Below are positions 30,077-40,754 of a DNA stretch of 64,000 nt, one piece after another; position 1 is the stretch's first letter; each line of letters opens with the position of its first letter. Both the position numbers and the translations under genes were made by a program. The DNA comes from Macrostomum lignano (lineage: Eukaryota). The stretch lies in assembly GCA_002269645.1 (NCBI GenBank), contig NIVC01001070.1:58492-122491 (forward strand), read 5' to 3'. Below the pieces are notes generated by a model. The model saw nothing but the letters and a program-made list of their open reading frames with translations. It was not told the origin of the DNA and ran no database searches.

Positions 30077-33000
30077 ATGGACAGTGACGACGCCAATGAA
30101 CAACAACAGGAAGCCCAAGACGATGCCGGCGCGCTGCGTTTAGAGAAGCTGCGCTTCGAGAAATCCCGAAAAAAAGCAGCGTTCACTCGTTGCAAAAACA
30201 AGTTGTCTTGGCTGCTAAAGACGCGCGCCTCTGATGACGAAGTGCAAGCTACCTGCGATGCTCTATCCGACCTGCAAGACCTGGTCAGCGCCATCCAGGA
30301 AGAACTGCATCAAGGCTACGCCGACGCCAAGGACAACGAGAGGCGACAACGCCTACTAGAAGAGATGGAGGAGACTGAGCGCGACTACCAAGCTGCCATT
30401 CAGCGCGTCGAAAGTTCTAGAAACCGGGGATTGCAGCGCGCCCAAGAAGCCCCTCCTGCCGCGAGTTCAAGCGGTGAGAACGCTGCGGGTGACCAAGAAG
30501 AAGCAGCTGGTGAGTTAGACAAACTTTCTGGCAGTGCTGCGTCCAGCAAAGGATCCAACCCGAAGGAGCTTTCAAAGGATTTGTGGAAGATACTGAAGCG
30601 TGTTGAAATCCCAACGTTTAGTGGAGAAAAGCAGAAGTATGAAAACTGGAAGGCAGCCTTTGTTGCGTGCATCGACAGCGCCCCTGCAACACCAGAATTC
30701 AAGTTGCTGCAGCTTAGGCAGTACCTCGGCGGTGAAGCTTTGAAGGTTATAGAACATCTAGGACACTCCGCTGCTGCATATGAGGCTGCAAAAGAGAGAC
30801 TAGAGAGAGAATTTGGTGGACAGCGTAGGCAACTTGCTCTGCACTTGGAAGAGCTGGACAGCTTCCCGATCGTGCGAAATGGAAACGCCAAGGATCTGAA
30901 AAGCTTTGCTAATCTACTGGATGTGGCTGTCGTCAACCTTGAGGAGGCGGGAAAAGAGGCAGAGCTTCAAGATGGGATGTTGTATGTGAGGCTGCAGAAA
31001 AAGTTGCCTGAGCAGATGGTTGCCAGCTACCGGAGGTGGATCTTTGAGCAGCGGAAGCCGGAGAGTGTTAGAAATCTGAGAATTTGGGTGCTGCAAGAAG
31101 CAGAGTTTCAGACTGAAGCGTCAGAGATTGTGCAGGGCGTTGCCACCATGCAGCAGGAGCGTCAAAAGCGAGAGCAGCGACCAAAGACTTTCGTTACTAC
31201 GGACAGTGACAAGAAGGTACAGCGAAAGATTTGCATTGTTTGTCAAGGTGATCACGAGCTGTGGTCCTGCAGTGAGTTCAAGGAGCTTCCGGTGGAAAAA
31301 CGCTGGGACGCGGCGCAGAGCTCGAAGTGTTGTTTCCGGTGCTTGGGCCAAGGACATCTTGGTAGCCAATGTCGGCGTGGTCGTCGGTGCGGCATCAGCA
31401 GCTGCACAAAGTTCCATCATCGCCTGCTTCATGCAGAAAAAGTGTTGGCCAAGTCTGGTGAAGCGAAGCAGACTGCATCCAAGGACGCTAAATCCGCTTC
31501 CAGTTCAGGAAAGACTGGACCGGTGACGCTTCTGTCGGCTGGTGAAACGGCAATCTCGCTACGAACGGTACCTGTAGTCCTACGGAACGGGTCCCGGAAG
31601 CTGAAGGTGAATGCCTTGCTCGACGATGCCAGTACCAGGAGCTACGTCAACATCGGGATAGCAGAAGCGCTTGGAGTGCATGGAGCGCTCGAAAAGGTGA
31701 AAGTCGGAGTCATCAATGGCCAAACAGAGACCTTCATGACAGCCCCAGTCTGCTTTAGCTTGGAAAGTCTGGATGGTCAGACCAGCTCAATGATCGTCGC
31801 CTTCACCGCTGATCACGTGACCGGGTCCCTCAAAGGCGTCGACTGGCACGAAGAAGCGCAGCAGTGGCCTCATCTGAGAAATGTACCGTTTCCGAAGCTG
31901 TGTGAGCCTGCAGTAGTGGACTTGCTGATTGGTGCTGATCACCCGGATCTTCACGTGTCCCTCAAGGAAATCGTCGGACAGCCGCTGGAGCCAAAGGCGC
32001 GCCTGACTCCCCTGGGTTGGACGTGCATCGGTCGCACAGAGCAGGACAATTCTGAGATGCAGAACGCCCATTTTGCTGCCACTTTCTTCAGCTGCGATTC
32101 CGAATCTGGTCAGGTGGCTAAGATCCTGCGGCAGTTTTGGGAGATCGAGAACGTCTCAGAAGGTGCCAATCGAAGTCCGCTGACCGCCGATGAGGAGAGA
32201 GCCGTCCAGCAAGCCAAGTCGTCGCTAAAGTACACGAAGGGCCGTTACCAGATCGGGATTCCATGGAAAAAGGATCGGCTGGCTCCAGCAGGCACTTTCT
32301 CAATGGCCTTGAAGCGACTAAAGAACACCGAACAGCGGCTGATTAAGGATATGAACGTCTGCAAGCAGTATCAGGAGATCCTTGAAAAGTATGAACAGCA
32401 AGGGTATATCCGAAAAGTGTCGCAAGCTGAGACTGAAGGCCGCTGTTTCCTGCCGCACTTCCCAGTGCTGCGGCCAGACAAGGCTACAACAAAATTGCGG
32501 ATAGTCTTTGATGCATCGGCTGCCAGATTGAACGACCAGATCCTCCAGGGCCCCAAACTGCAGAGGGATTTGGTTGACGTGCTGCTTCGGTTCCGCCGAC
32601 ACCCGATTGCGATCGCATGCGACGTAGCGGAAATGTATCTCCAGATCGAGATGGACCCGAAGGATAGGCCGCTGCACAGTTTCCTTTGGCGGGACGCCGA
32701 TCCTTCAAAGCAACCGGATGTCTACGAGTTCAACAGAGTGGTGTTCGGCGTCACCAGCTCTCCTTTCTTGGCACAGTTCGTTACCCGCTGCCATGCTGAA
32801 AAGTTAAAAGGTGAGCTTCCAGAGGCGGCCGAGACAGTACTGCACTCTACCTATATGGATGATAGCCTGGACTCTGCGCCCACCGAGGCAGCCGCCTGCA
32901 GGCTGTACGATCAACTCAGTGAGCTCTGGAGGCGCGCCGGCATGCACGCGCGCAAGTGGGTCTCGAACTCGAGAGCTGTGCTCGATAGAATCCCACCTGA

Positions 33001-33742
33001 AGACCGTGCAGCCGAAGTTACCTTGGACAGCAAAGAACTACCATGCACCAAGACACTGGGTGTCACGTGGCAGAGTGAGCAGGACGAATTTACCTTTAAA
33101 GATGAAAACGTCTTGGATACCCAGAAGCTTCAACAGCGAACGGCTTCTCAGCAGTTGCGATGGCATTTCAACCCGCCCGCTGCGCCGCACTTCGGTGGGG
33201 TGCACGAAATCATGATCAAAGCAGCGAAGAAGGCAATCTGGGCAATTCTGAAGGAGGCGGACGTCACGGATGAGGAGCTGCTAAGCGCGTTTGCTGGAGC
33301 GGAGGCACTTCTGAATTCAAGGCCGTTGACGTACCAGACGGCGCATCCGAGTGATGATGTGCCGCTGACGCCGAATCACTTCCTCATCGGGCAAGTCGGC
33401 GGGAAGTTTGCACCGGAGGTCGACGCTGCCATCGCCCGCAGTCCTTCAAGAAGATGGCGTCACGTTCAGCAGCTGGTGTCGCAGATCTGGCGCCGGTGGT
33501 TGCGCGAGTGGCTGCCGGGACTCGCACCGCGGAGCAAGTGGCGCCGCGAGCTGCCTGACCTACAACCTGGAGACGTGGCGCTGCTGGTGAGCCCCGACTC
33601 GCCTCGGGGTCACTGGCCGCTGGCTCGCGTGCTGGAGGTCATGCGCGGTCCTGACGGTCACGTGAGAGTCGCCCCAATCAGAGTCGGTGATCGCACAATG
33701 ACGAGACCAATAACAAAGTTGTGTCCAATATCTGCAGGTTAG
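30077..33742 (+). CDS. BEL gag-pol polyprotein lacking RNase H and the integrase N-terminus
   Basis: Three Cys/His knuckles (CIVCQGDH, CFRCLGQGH, C..C.KFHHRLLH), LLDDAS, RIVFDAS, YMDD, WHFNPPAAPHFGG, PLTPNHFL. Confidence 0.92.
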   Translation: MDSDDANEQQQEAQDDAGALRLEKLRFEKSRKKAAFTRCKNKLSWLLKTRASDDEVQATCDALSDLQDLVSAIQEELHQGYADAKDNERRQRLLEEMEETERDYQAAIQRVESSRNRGLQRAQEAPPAASSSGENAAGDQEEAAGELDKLSGSAASSKGSNPKELSKDLWKILKRVEIPTFSGEKQKYENWKAAFVACIDSAPATPEFKLLQLRQYLGGEALKVIEHLGHSAAAYEAAKERLEREFGGQRRQLALHLEELDSFPIVRNGNAKDLKSFANLLDVAVVNLEEAGKEAELQDGMLYVRLQKKLPEQMVASYRRWIFEQRKPESVRNLRIWVLQEAEFQTEASEIVQGVATMQQERQKREQRPKTFVTTDSDKKVQRKICIVCQGDHELWSCSEFKELPVEKRWDAAQSSKCCFRCLGQGHLGSQCRRGRRCGISSCTKFHHRLLHAEKVLAKSGEAKQTASKDAKSASSSGKTGPVTLLSAGETAISLRTVPVVLRNGSRKLKVNALLDDASTRSYVNIGIAEALGVHGALEKVKVGVINGQTETFMTAPVCFSLESLDGQTSSMIVAFTADHVTGSLKGVDWHEEAQQWPHLRNVPFPKLCEPAVVDLLIGADHPDLHVSLKEIVGQPLEPKARLTPLGWTCIGRTEQDNSEMQNAHFAATFFSCDSESGQVAKILRQFWEIENVSEGANRSPLTADEERAVQQAKSSLKYTKGRYQIGIPWKKDRLAPAGTFSMALKRLKNTEQRLIKDMNVCKQYQEILEKYEQQGYIRKVSQAETEGRCFLPHFPVLRPDKATTKLRIVFDASAARLNDQILQGPKLQRDLVDVLLRFRRHPIAIACDVAEMYLQIEMDPKDRPLHSFLWRDADPSKQPDVYEFNRVVFGVTSSPFLAQFVTRCHAEKLKGELPEAAETVLHSTYMDDSLDSAPTEAAACRLYDQLSELWRRAGMHARKWVSNSRAVLDRIPPEDRAAEVTLDSKELPCTKTLGVTWQSEQDEFTFKDENVLDTQKLQQRTASQQLRWHFNPPAAPHFGGVHEIMIKAAKKAIWAILKEADVTDEELLSAFAGAEALLNSRPLTYQTAHPSDDVPLTPNHFLIGQVGGKFAPEVDAAIARSPSRRWRHVQQLVSQIWRRWLREWLPGLAPRSKWRRELPDLQPGDVALLVSPDSPRGHWPLARVLEVMRGPDGHVRVAPIRVGDRTMTRPITKLCPISAG

Positions 33743-34757
33743 TTTGCGAACCTTTGCTAGAGAATTAGACTTTGTCAGGTTTTGCAATTTTTCTGATGAG
33801 TTGTTCAATTTTCCTGTTTGTTGCATTGTTCGTAAAGTCTTCTTTCCCTTTCATGCTAATAGGAATCACCCTGTTTTTGCCGTCTTAACCCAATTTTCGT
33901 TTTCAGTGTTCAACGCGATTAACATTCATTATTTAGCTATTTATTTTCTTGCGTGAATTTTGCTGAACAGCAGTCGTTACGGTTTAGTGAATTTGTCGGC
34001 AAGTTTGTCTTTTGCGTTTTTTGAGTTTTTTACGAGCGATGTTTGCATTATTTGAGCTCTACTTAATATTGCTTGATTTTCTGCGCTTAGAAGTACCATA
34101 GTTTATGCGCCAGTTCCGACCTTTTGATAGCCCAATGCTTACAATTGTTGTTTCAGTTTTTGTTTCAGTTGCGTTTGGTGGCGGAAGTCTGCGTTCGTGT
34201 TCAATTTTGAAATTTTATATGATAGCTGACGTACTTCTGCAAAATTTTCGATTGTCATCTACGATCTGCGTACTTATCTTCACCTTTTGCTCTATTTTTC
34301 TACCATTCACAATGTCGCCATCAATGTTTCATGCAACGTTGTTTTTTTGCTTTTTGAGTTCGATTTTGTATCACGCATCGTTTTCGAATATTTTCCTAAT
34401 ACCGTATTCGTTTTCATTGTTTCATCCCTCGAATAGTTTTTGTCATTGTCATGCCAAGGTGGGGGTATGTTTGGGAGGTAGATTGAAGCATTGATTTTCT
34501 TTCCAATTCCACTGCGTGATTTAATGTACGTACGTGTTTATTATTCAATTTTCTATGTACGCTGATTTAGCCCAGGCCCATCTCACCCACCCCCCTCCAC
34601 GCTGGCTGATTCTGACTGACTGCAATATATATATCATCGAGAGGGCTTATTAGCCCTGTGTACGGTTTTACGCTTTTCGTTTTGTTAGCGTCTCGCTTGA
34701 GCCTCAGCTCCAAAATAGTTATTGGCGGACCATCGGTCTCTTCATTTCTATAGTACA

Positions 34758-37700
34758 CTAATGTTGCTGTTTCTTTTATCGAAGTAGCTAATGTTGCTGT
34801 TTCTTTTATCGAAGTAGCTAATGTTGCTGTTTCTTTTATCGAAGTAGCTAATGTTGCTGTTTCTTTTATCCAAGTAGCTAATGTTGCTGTTTCTTTTATC
34901 GAAGTAGCTAATGTTGCTGTTTCTTTTATCCAAGTAGCTAATGTTGCTGTTTCTTTTATCGAAGTGGCTAATGTTGCTGTTTCTTTTATCGAAGTAGCTA
35001 ATGTTGCTGTTTCTTTTATCCAAGTAGCTAATGTTGCTGTTTCTTTTATCGAATTGGCTAATGTTGCTGTTTCTTTTATCGAAGTAGCTAATGTTGCTGT
35101 TTCTTTTATCCAAGTAGCTAATGTTGCTGTTTCTTTTATCGAAGTAGCTAATGTTGCTGTTTCTTTTATCCAAGTAGCTAATGTTGCTGTTTCTTTTATC
35201 GAAGTAGCTAATGTTGCTGTTTCTTTTATCGAAGTAGCTAATGTTGCTGTTTCTTTTATCGAAGTAGCTAATGTTGCTGTTTCTTTTATCGAAGTAGCTA
35301 ATGTTGCTGTTTCTTTTATCGAAGTAGCTAATGTTGCTGTTTCTTTTATCGAAGTGGCTAATGTTGCTGTTTCTTTTATCGAAGTAGCTAATGTTGCTGT
35401 TTCTTTTATCGAAGTAGCTAATGTTGCTGTTTCTTTTATCGAAGTAGCTAATGTTGCTGTTTCTTTTATCGAAGTAGCTAATGTTGCTGTTTCTTTTATC
35501 GAAGTAGCTAATGTTGCTGTTTCTTTTATCGAAGTAGCTAATGTTGCTGTTTCTTTTATCCAAGTAGCTAATGTTGCTGTTTCTTTTATCGAAGTAGCTA
35601 ATGTTGCTGTTTCTTTTATCGAAGTAGCTAATGTTGCTGTTTCTTTTATCGAAGTAGCTAATGTTGCTGTTTCTTTTATCGAAGTAGCTAATGTTGCTGT
35701 TTCTTTTATCGAAGTAGCTAATGTTGCTGTTTCTTTTATCGAAGTAGCTAATGTTGCTGTTTCTTTTATCCAAGTAGCTAATGTTGCTGTTTCTTTTATC
35801 GAAGTAGCTAATGTTGCTGTTTCTTTTATCGAAGTAGCTAATGTTGCTGTTTCTTTTATCGAAGTAGCTAATGTTGCTGTTTCTTTTATCGAAGTAGCTA
35901 ATGTTGCTGTTTCTTTTATCGAAGTAGCTAATGTTGCTGTTTCTTTTATCGAAGTAGCTAATGTTGCTGTTTCTTTTATCGAAGTAGCTAATGTTGCTGT
36001 TTCTTTTATCGAAGTAGCTAATGTTGCTGTTTCTTTTATCGAAGTAGCTAATGTTGCTGTTTCTTTTATCCAAGTAGCTAATGTTGCTGTTTCTTTTATC
36101 GAAGTAGCTAATGTTGCTGTTTCTTTTATCGAAGTAGCTAATGTTGCTGTTTCTTTTATCGAAGTAGCTAATGTTGCTGTTTCTTTTATCGAAGTAGCTA
36201 ATGTTGCTGTTTCTTTTATCGAAGTAGCTAATGTTGCTGTTTCTTTTATCGAAGTAGCTAATGTTGCTGTTTCTTTTATCGAAGTAGCTAATGTTGCTGT
36301 TTCTTTTATCGAAGTAGCTAATGTTGCTGTTTCTTTTATCGAAGTAGCTAATGTTGCTGTTTCTTTTATCGAAGTAGCTAATGTTGCTGTTTCTTTTATC
36401 GAAGTAGCTAATGTTGCTGTTTCTTTTATCCAAGTAGCTAATGTTGCTGTTTCTTTTATTTTAAGTAGCTAAGCTGTAATCGAAGTAGCTGTTTGCTGTT
36501 TATTATCGAAGTAGCTAATGTTGCTGTTTCTTTTATCGAAGTAGCTAATGTTGCTGTTTCTTTTATCGAAGTAGCTAATGTTGCTGTTTCTTTTATCGAA
36601 AGTAGCTAATGTTGCTGTTTCTTTTATCGAAGTAGCTAATGTTGCTGTTTCTTTTATCGAAGTAGCTAATGTTGCTGTTTCTTTTATCGAAGTAGCTAAT
36701 GTTGCTGTTTCTTTTATCGAAGTAGCTAATGTTGCTGTTTCTTTTATCGAAGTAGCTAATGTTGCTGTTTCTTTTATCGAAGTAGCTAATGTTGCTGTTT
36801 CTTTTATCGAAGTAGCTAATGTTGCTGTTTCTTTTATCGAAGTAGCTAATGTTGCTGTTTCTTTTATCGAAGTAGCTAATGTTGCTGTTTCTTTTATCGA
36901 AGTAGCTAATGTTGCTGTTTCTTTTATCGAAGTAGCTAATGTTGCTGTTTCTTTTATCGAAGTAGCTAATGTTGCTGTTTCTTTTATCGAAGTAGCTAAT
37001 GTTGCTGTTTCTTTTATCGAAGTAGCTAATGTTGCTGTTTCTTTTATCGAAGTAGCTAATGTTGCTGTTTCTTTTATCGAAGTAGCTAATGTTGCTGTTT
37101 CTTTTATCGAAGTAGCTAATGTTGCTGTTTCTTTTATCGAAGTAGCTAATGTTGCTGTTTCTTTTATCGAAGTAGCTAATGTTGCTGTTTCTTTTATCGA
37201 AGTAGCTAATGTTGCTGTTTCTTTTATCGAAGTAGCTAATGTTGCTGTTTCTTTTATCGAAGTAGCTAATGTTGCTGTTTCTTTTATCGAAGTAGCTAAT
37301 GTTGCTGTTTCTTTTATCGAAGTAGCTAATGTTGCTGTTTCTTTTATCGAAGTAGCTAATGTTGCTGTTTCTTTTATCGAAGTAGCTAATGTTGCTGTTT
37401 CTTTTATCGAAGTAGCTAATGTTGCTGTTTCTTTTATCCAAGTAGCTAATGTTGCTGTTTCTTTTATCGAAGTAGCTAATGTTGCTGTTTCTTTTATCGA
37501 AGTAGCTAATGTTGCTGTTTCTTTTATCGAAGTAGCTAATGTTGCTGTTTCTTTTATCGAAGTAGCTAATGTTGCTGTTTCTTTTATCCAAGTAGCTAAT
37601 GTTGCTGTTTCTTTTATCGAAGTAGCTAATGTTGCTGTTTCTTTTATCGAAGTAGCTAATGTTGCTGTTTCTTTTATCGAAGTAGCTAATGTTGCTGTTT

Positions 37701-40207
37701 CTTTTATCGAAGTAGCTAATGTTGCTGTTTCTTTTATCGAAGTAGCTAATGTTGCTGTTTCTTTTATCGAAGTAGCTAATGTTGCTGTTTCTTTTATCGA
37801 AGTAGCTAATGTTGCTGTTTCTTTTATCGAAGTAGCTAATGTTGCTGTTTCTTTTATCCAAGTAGCTAATGTTGCTGTTTCTTTTATCGAAGTAGCTAAT
37901 GTTGCTGTTTCTTTTATCGAAGTAGCTAATGTTGCTGTTTCTTTTATCGAAGTAGCTAATGTTGCTGTTTCTTTTATCGAAGTAGCTAATGTTGCTGTTT
38001 CTTTTATCGAAGTAGCTAATGTTGCTGTTTCTTTTATCGAAGTAGCTAATGTTGCTGTTTCTTTTATCGAAGTAGCTAATGTTGCTGTTTCTTTTATCGA
38101 AGTAGCTAATGTTGCTGTTTCTTTTATCGAAGTAGCTAATGTTGCTGTTTCTTTTATCGAAGTAGCTAATGTTGCTGTTTCTTTTATCGAAGTAGCTAAT
38201 GTTGCTGTTTCTTTTATCGAAGTAGCTAATGTTGCTGTTTCTTTTATCGAAGTAGCTAATGTTGCTGTTTCTTTTATCGAAGTAGCTAATGTTGCTGTTT
38301 CTTTTATCGAAGTAGCTAATGTTGCTGTTTCTTTTATCGAAGTAGCTAATGTTGCTGTTTCTTTTATCGAAGTAGCTAATGTTGCTGTTTCTTTTATCGA
38401 AGTGCTAATGTTGCTGTTTCTTTTATCGAAGTAGCTAATGTTGCTGTTTCTTTTATCGAAGTAGCTAATGTTGCTGTTTCTTTTATCGAAGTAGCTAATG
38501 TTGCTGTTTCTTTTATCGAAGTAGCTAATGTTGCTGTTTCTTTTATCGAAGTAGCTAATGTTGCTGTTTCTTTTATCGAAGTAGCTAATGTTGCTGTTTC
38601 TTTTATCGAAGTAGCTAATGTTGCTGTTTCTTTTATCGAAGTAGCTAATGTTGCTGTTTCTTTTATCGAAGTAGCTAATGTTGCTGTTTCTTTTATCGAA
38701 GTAGCTAATGTTGCTGTTTCTTTTATCGAAGTAGCTAATGTTGCTGTTTCTTTTATCGAAGTAGCTAATGTTGCTGTTTCTTTTATCGAAGTAGCTAATG
38801 TTGCTGTTTCTTTTATCGAAGTAGCTAATGTTGCTGTTTCTTTTATCGAAGTAGCTAATGTTGCTGTTTCTTTTATCGAAGTGCTAATGTTGCTGTTTCT
38901 TTTATCGAAGTAGCTAATGTTGCTGTTTCTTTTATCGAAGTAGCTAATGTTGCTGTTTCTTTTATCGAAGTAGCTAATGTTGCTGTTTCTTTTATCGAAG
39001 TAGCTAATGTTGCTGTTTCTTTTATCGAAGTAGCTAATGTTGCTGTTTCTTTTATCGAAGTAGCTAATGTTGCTGTTTCTTTTATCGAAGTAGCTAATGT
39101 TGCTGTTTCTTTTATCGAAGTAGCTAATGTTGCTGTTTCTTTTATCCAAGTAGCTAATGTTGCTGTTTCTTTTATCCAAGTAGCTAATGTTGCTGTTTCT
39201 TTTATCGAAGTAGCTAATGTTGCTGTTTCTTTTATCGAAGTAGCTAATGTTGCTGTTTCTTTTATCGAAGTAGCTAATGTTGCTGTTTCTTTTATCGAAG
39301 TAGCTAATGTTGCTGTTTCTTTTATCGAAGTAGCTAATGTTGCTGTTTCTTTTATCGAAGTAGCTAATGTTGCTGTTTCTTTTATCGAAGTAGCTAATGT
39401 TGCTGTTTCTTTTATCCAAGTAGCTAATGTTGCTGTTTCTTTTATCGAAGTAGCTAATGTTGCTGTTTCTTTTATCGAAGTAGCTAATGTTGCTGTTTCT
39501 TTTATCGAAGTAGCTAATGTTGCTGTTTCTTTTATCGAAGTAGCTAATGTTGCTGTTTCTTTTATCGAAGTAGCTAATGTTGCTGTTTCTTTTATCGAAG
39601 TAGCTAATGTTGCTGTTTCTTTTATCGAAGTAGCTAATGTTGCTGTTTCTTTTATCGAAGTAGCTAATGTTGCTGTTTCTTTTATCGAAGTAGCTAATGT
39701 TGCTGTTTCTTTTATCGAAGTAGCTAATGTTGCTGTTTCTTTTATCGAAGTAGCTAATGTTGCTGTTTCTTTTATCGAAGTAGCTAATGTTGCTGTTTCT
39801 TTTATCGAAGTAGCTAATGTTGCTGTTTCTTTTATCGAAGTAGCTAATGTTGCTGTTTCTTTTATCGAAGTAGCTAATGTTGCTGTTTCTTTTATCGAAG
39901 TAGCTAATGTTGCTGTTTCTTTTATCGAAGTAGCTAATGTTGCTGTTTCTTTTATCGAAGTAGCTAATGTTGCTGTTTCTTTTATCGAAGTAGCTAATGT
40001 TGCTGTTTCTTTTATCGAAGTAGCTAATGTTGCTGTTTCTTTTATCGAAGTAGCTAATGTTGCTGTTTCTTTTATCGAAGTAGCTAATGTTGCTGTTTCT
40101 TTTATCGAAGTAGCTAATGTTGCTGTTTCTTTTATCGAAGTGGCTAATGTTGCTGTTTCTTTTATCGAAGTAGCTAATGTTGCTGTTTCTTTTATCGAAG
40201 TAGCTAA
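34758..40207. repeat. 30-bp satellite, about 182 units (left arm)
   Basis: Continuous array with a short degenerate patch at about 36460-36510. Confidence 0.97.
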
Positions 40208-40387
40208 AGACAGCACAATACTGATAGAACAGACAGCACAATACTGATAGAACAGACAGCACAATACTGATAGAACAGACAGCACAATACTGATAGAACA
40301 GACAGCACAATACTGATAGAACGGACAGCACAATACTGATAGAACAGACAGCACAATACTGATAGAACAGACAGCACAATACTAATA
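40208..40387. repeat. 23-bp minisatellite in reverse orientation, about 8 units; outer flank of the Gypsy 5' LTR
   Basis: GACAGCACAATACTGATAGAACA is the reverse complement of the 18004-18840 unit. It ends in AATA before the LTR TG. Confidence 0.95.
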
Positions 40388-40754
40388 TGTAATGCATGCG
40401 CCCTTGTCAGTTGGCAGGGCGCGTTGCACTTTGGGGCTGGTTGGGGGGGTTGGCGGGCGTGGCAGGGTTTGGTCGCCGGCCGGGCTTTGCGCGTGCCCCT
40501 CCCCAGCCGTGCCCCTGCCCCGTGCTCAGGGCTGGTTGGCTGCGGCCGGGCCAGCTTTGGCGCGGGTGCTGCCCCTCCCCATCTTAGGCGGGGTTTTGAT
40601 TGGCTGGGCCGGCGTGGTTTGTTTTGGTGAGCTTAGCCGGTGGGGCCGTCTGCCCCAGGGTTTGGGTGCTATTTATGGTGCGACTCTGGCTCTTGCCCAC
40701 CTCCTGCGTGCTTTTTGTGTTTTGGTGTGCTCCGAGAGTGCAAGCGCGAGACCT
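40388..40754 (+). repeat. Gypsy 5' LTR U3-like part (copy 2)
   Basis: Starts TGTAATGCATGCGCCC and matches the reverse complement of 21056-21398 with about 7 differences. Confidence 0.9.
40586..40676 (+). promoter_or_regulatory. Candidate LTR promoter: GC box, inverted CCAAT, TATA-like motif
   Basis: AGGCGGGG at 40586, ATTGG at 40599 and TATTTAT at 40670. Motif match only. Confidence 0.45.

Larger units (their letters stand above)
29701..34757 (+). mobile_element. BEL/Pao LTR retrotransposon, copy 1, internally deleted
   Basis: 290-bp TG..CA LTRs at 29701-29990 and 34468-34757, with one substitution seen. CTAAT TSD, PBS at 29994 and PPT at 34456-34467. Confidence 0.95.
18841..40207 (-). mobile_element. 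Gypsy LTR retrotransposon, copy 1; outer part of the 5' LTR is cut off by the fold-back junction
   Basis: PBS, gag, pol (PR-RT-RH-IN order), extra ORF, PPT and 3' LTR are all collinear on the minus strand. Confidence 0.93.

Noticed and set aside
36460-36510. Degenerate patch within the satellite as a possible insertion
   Set aside because: Made of scrambled unit fragments; more likely low-quality sequence or a contig join.
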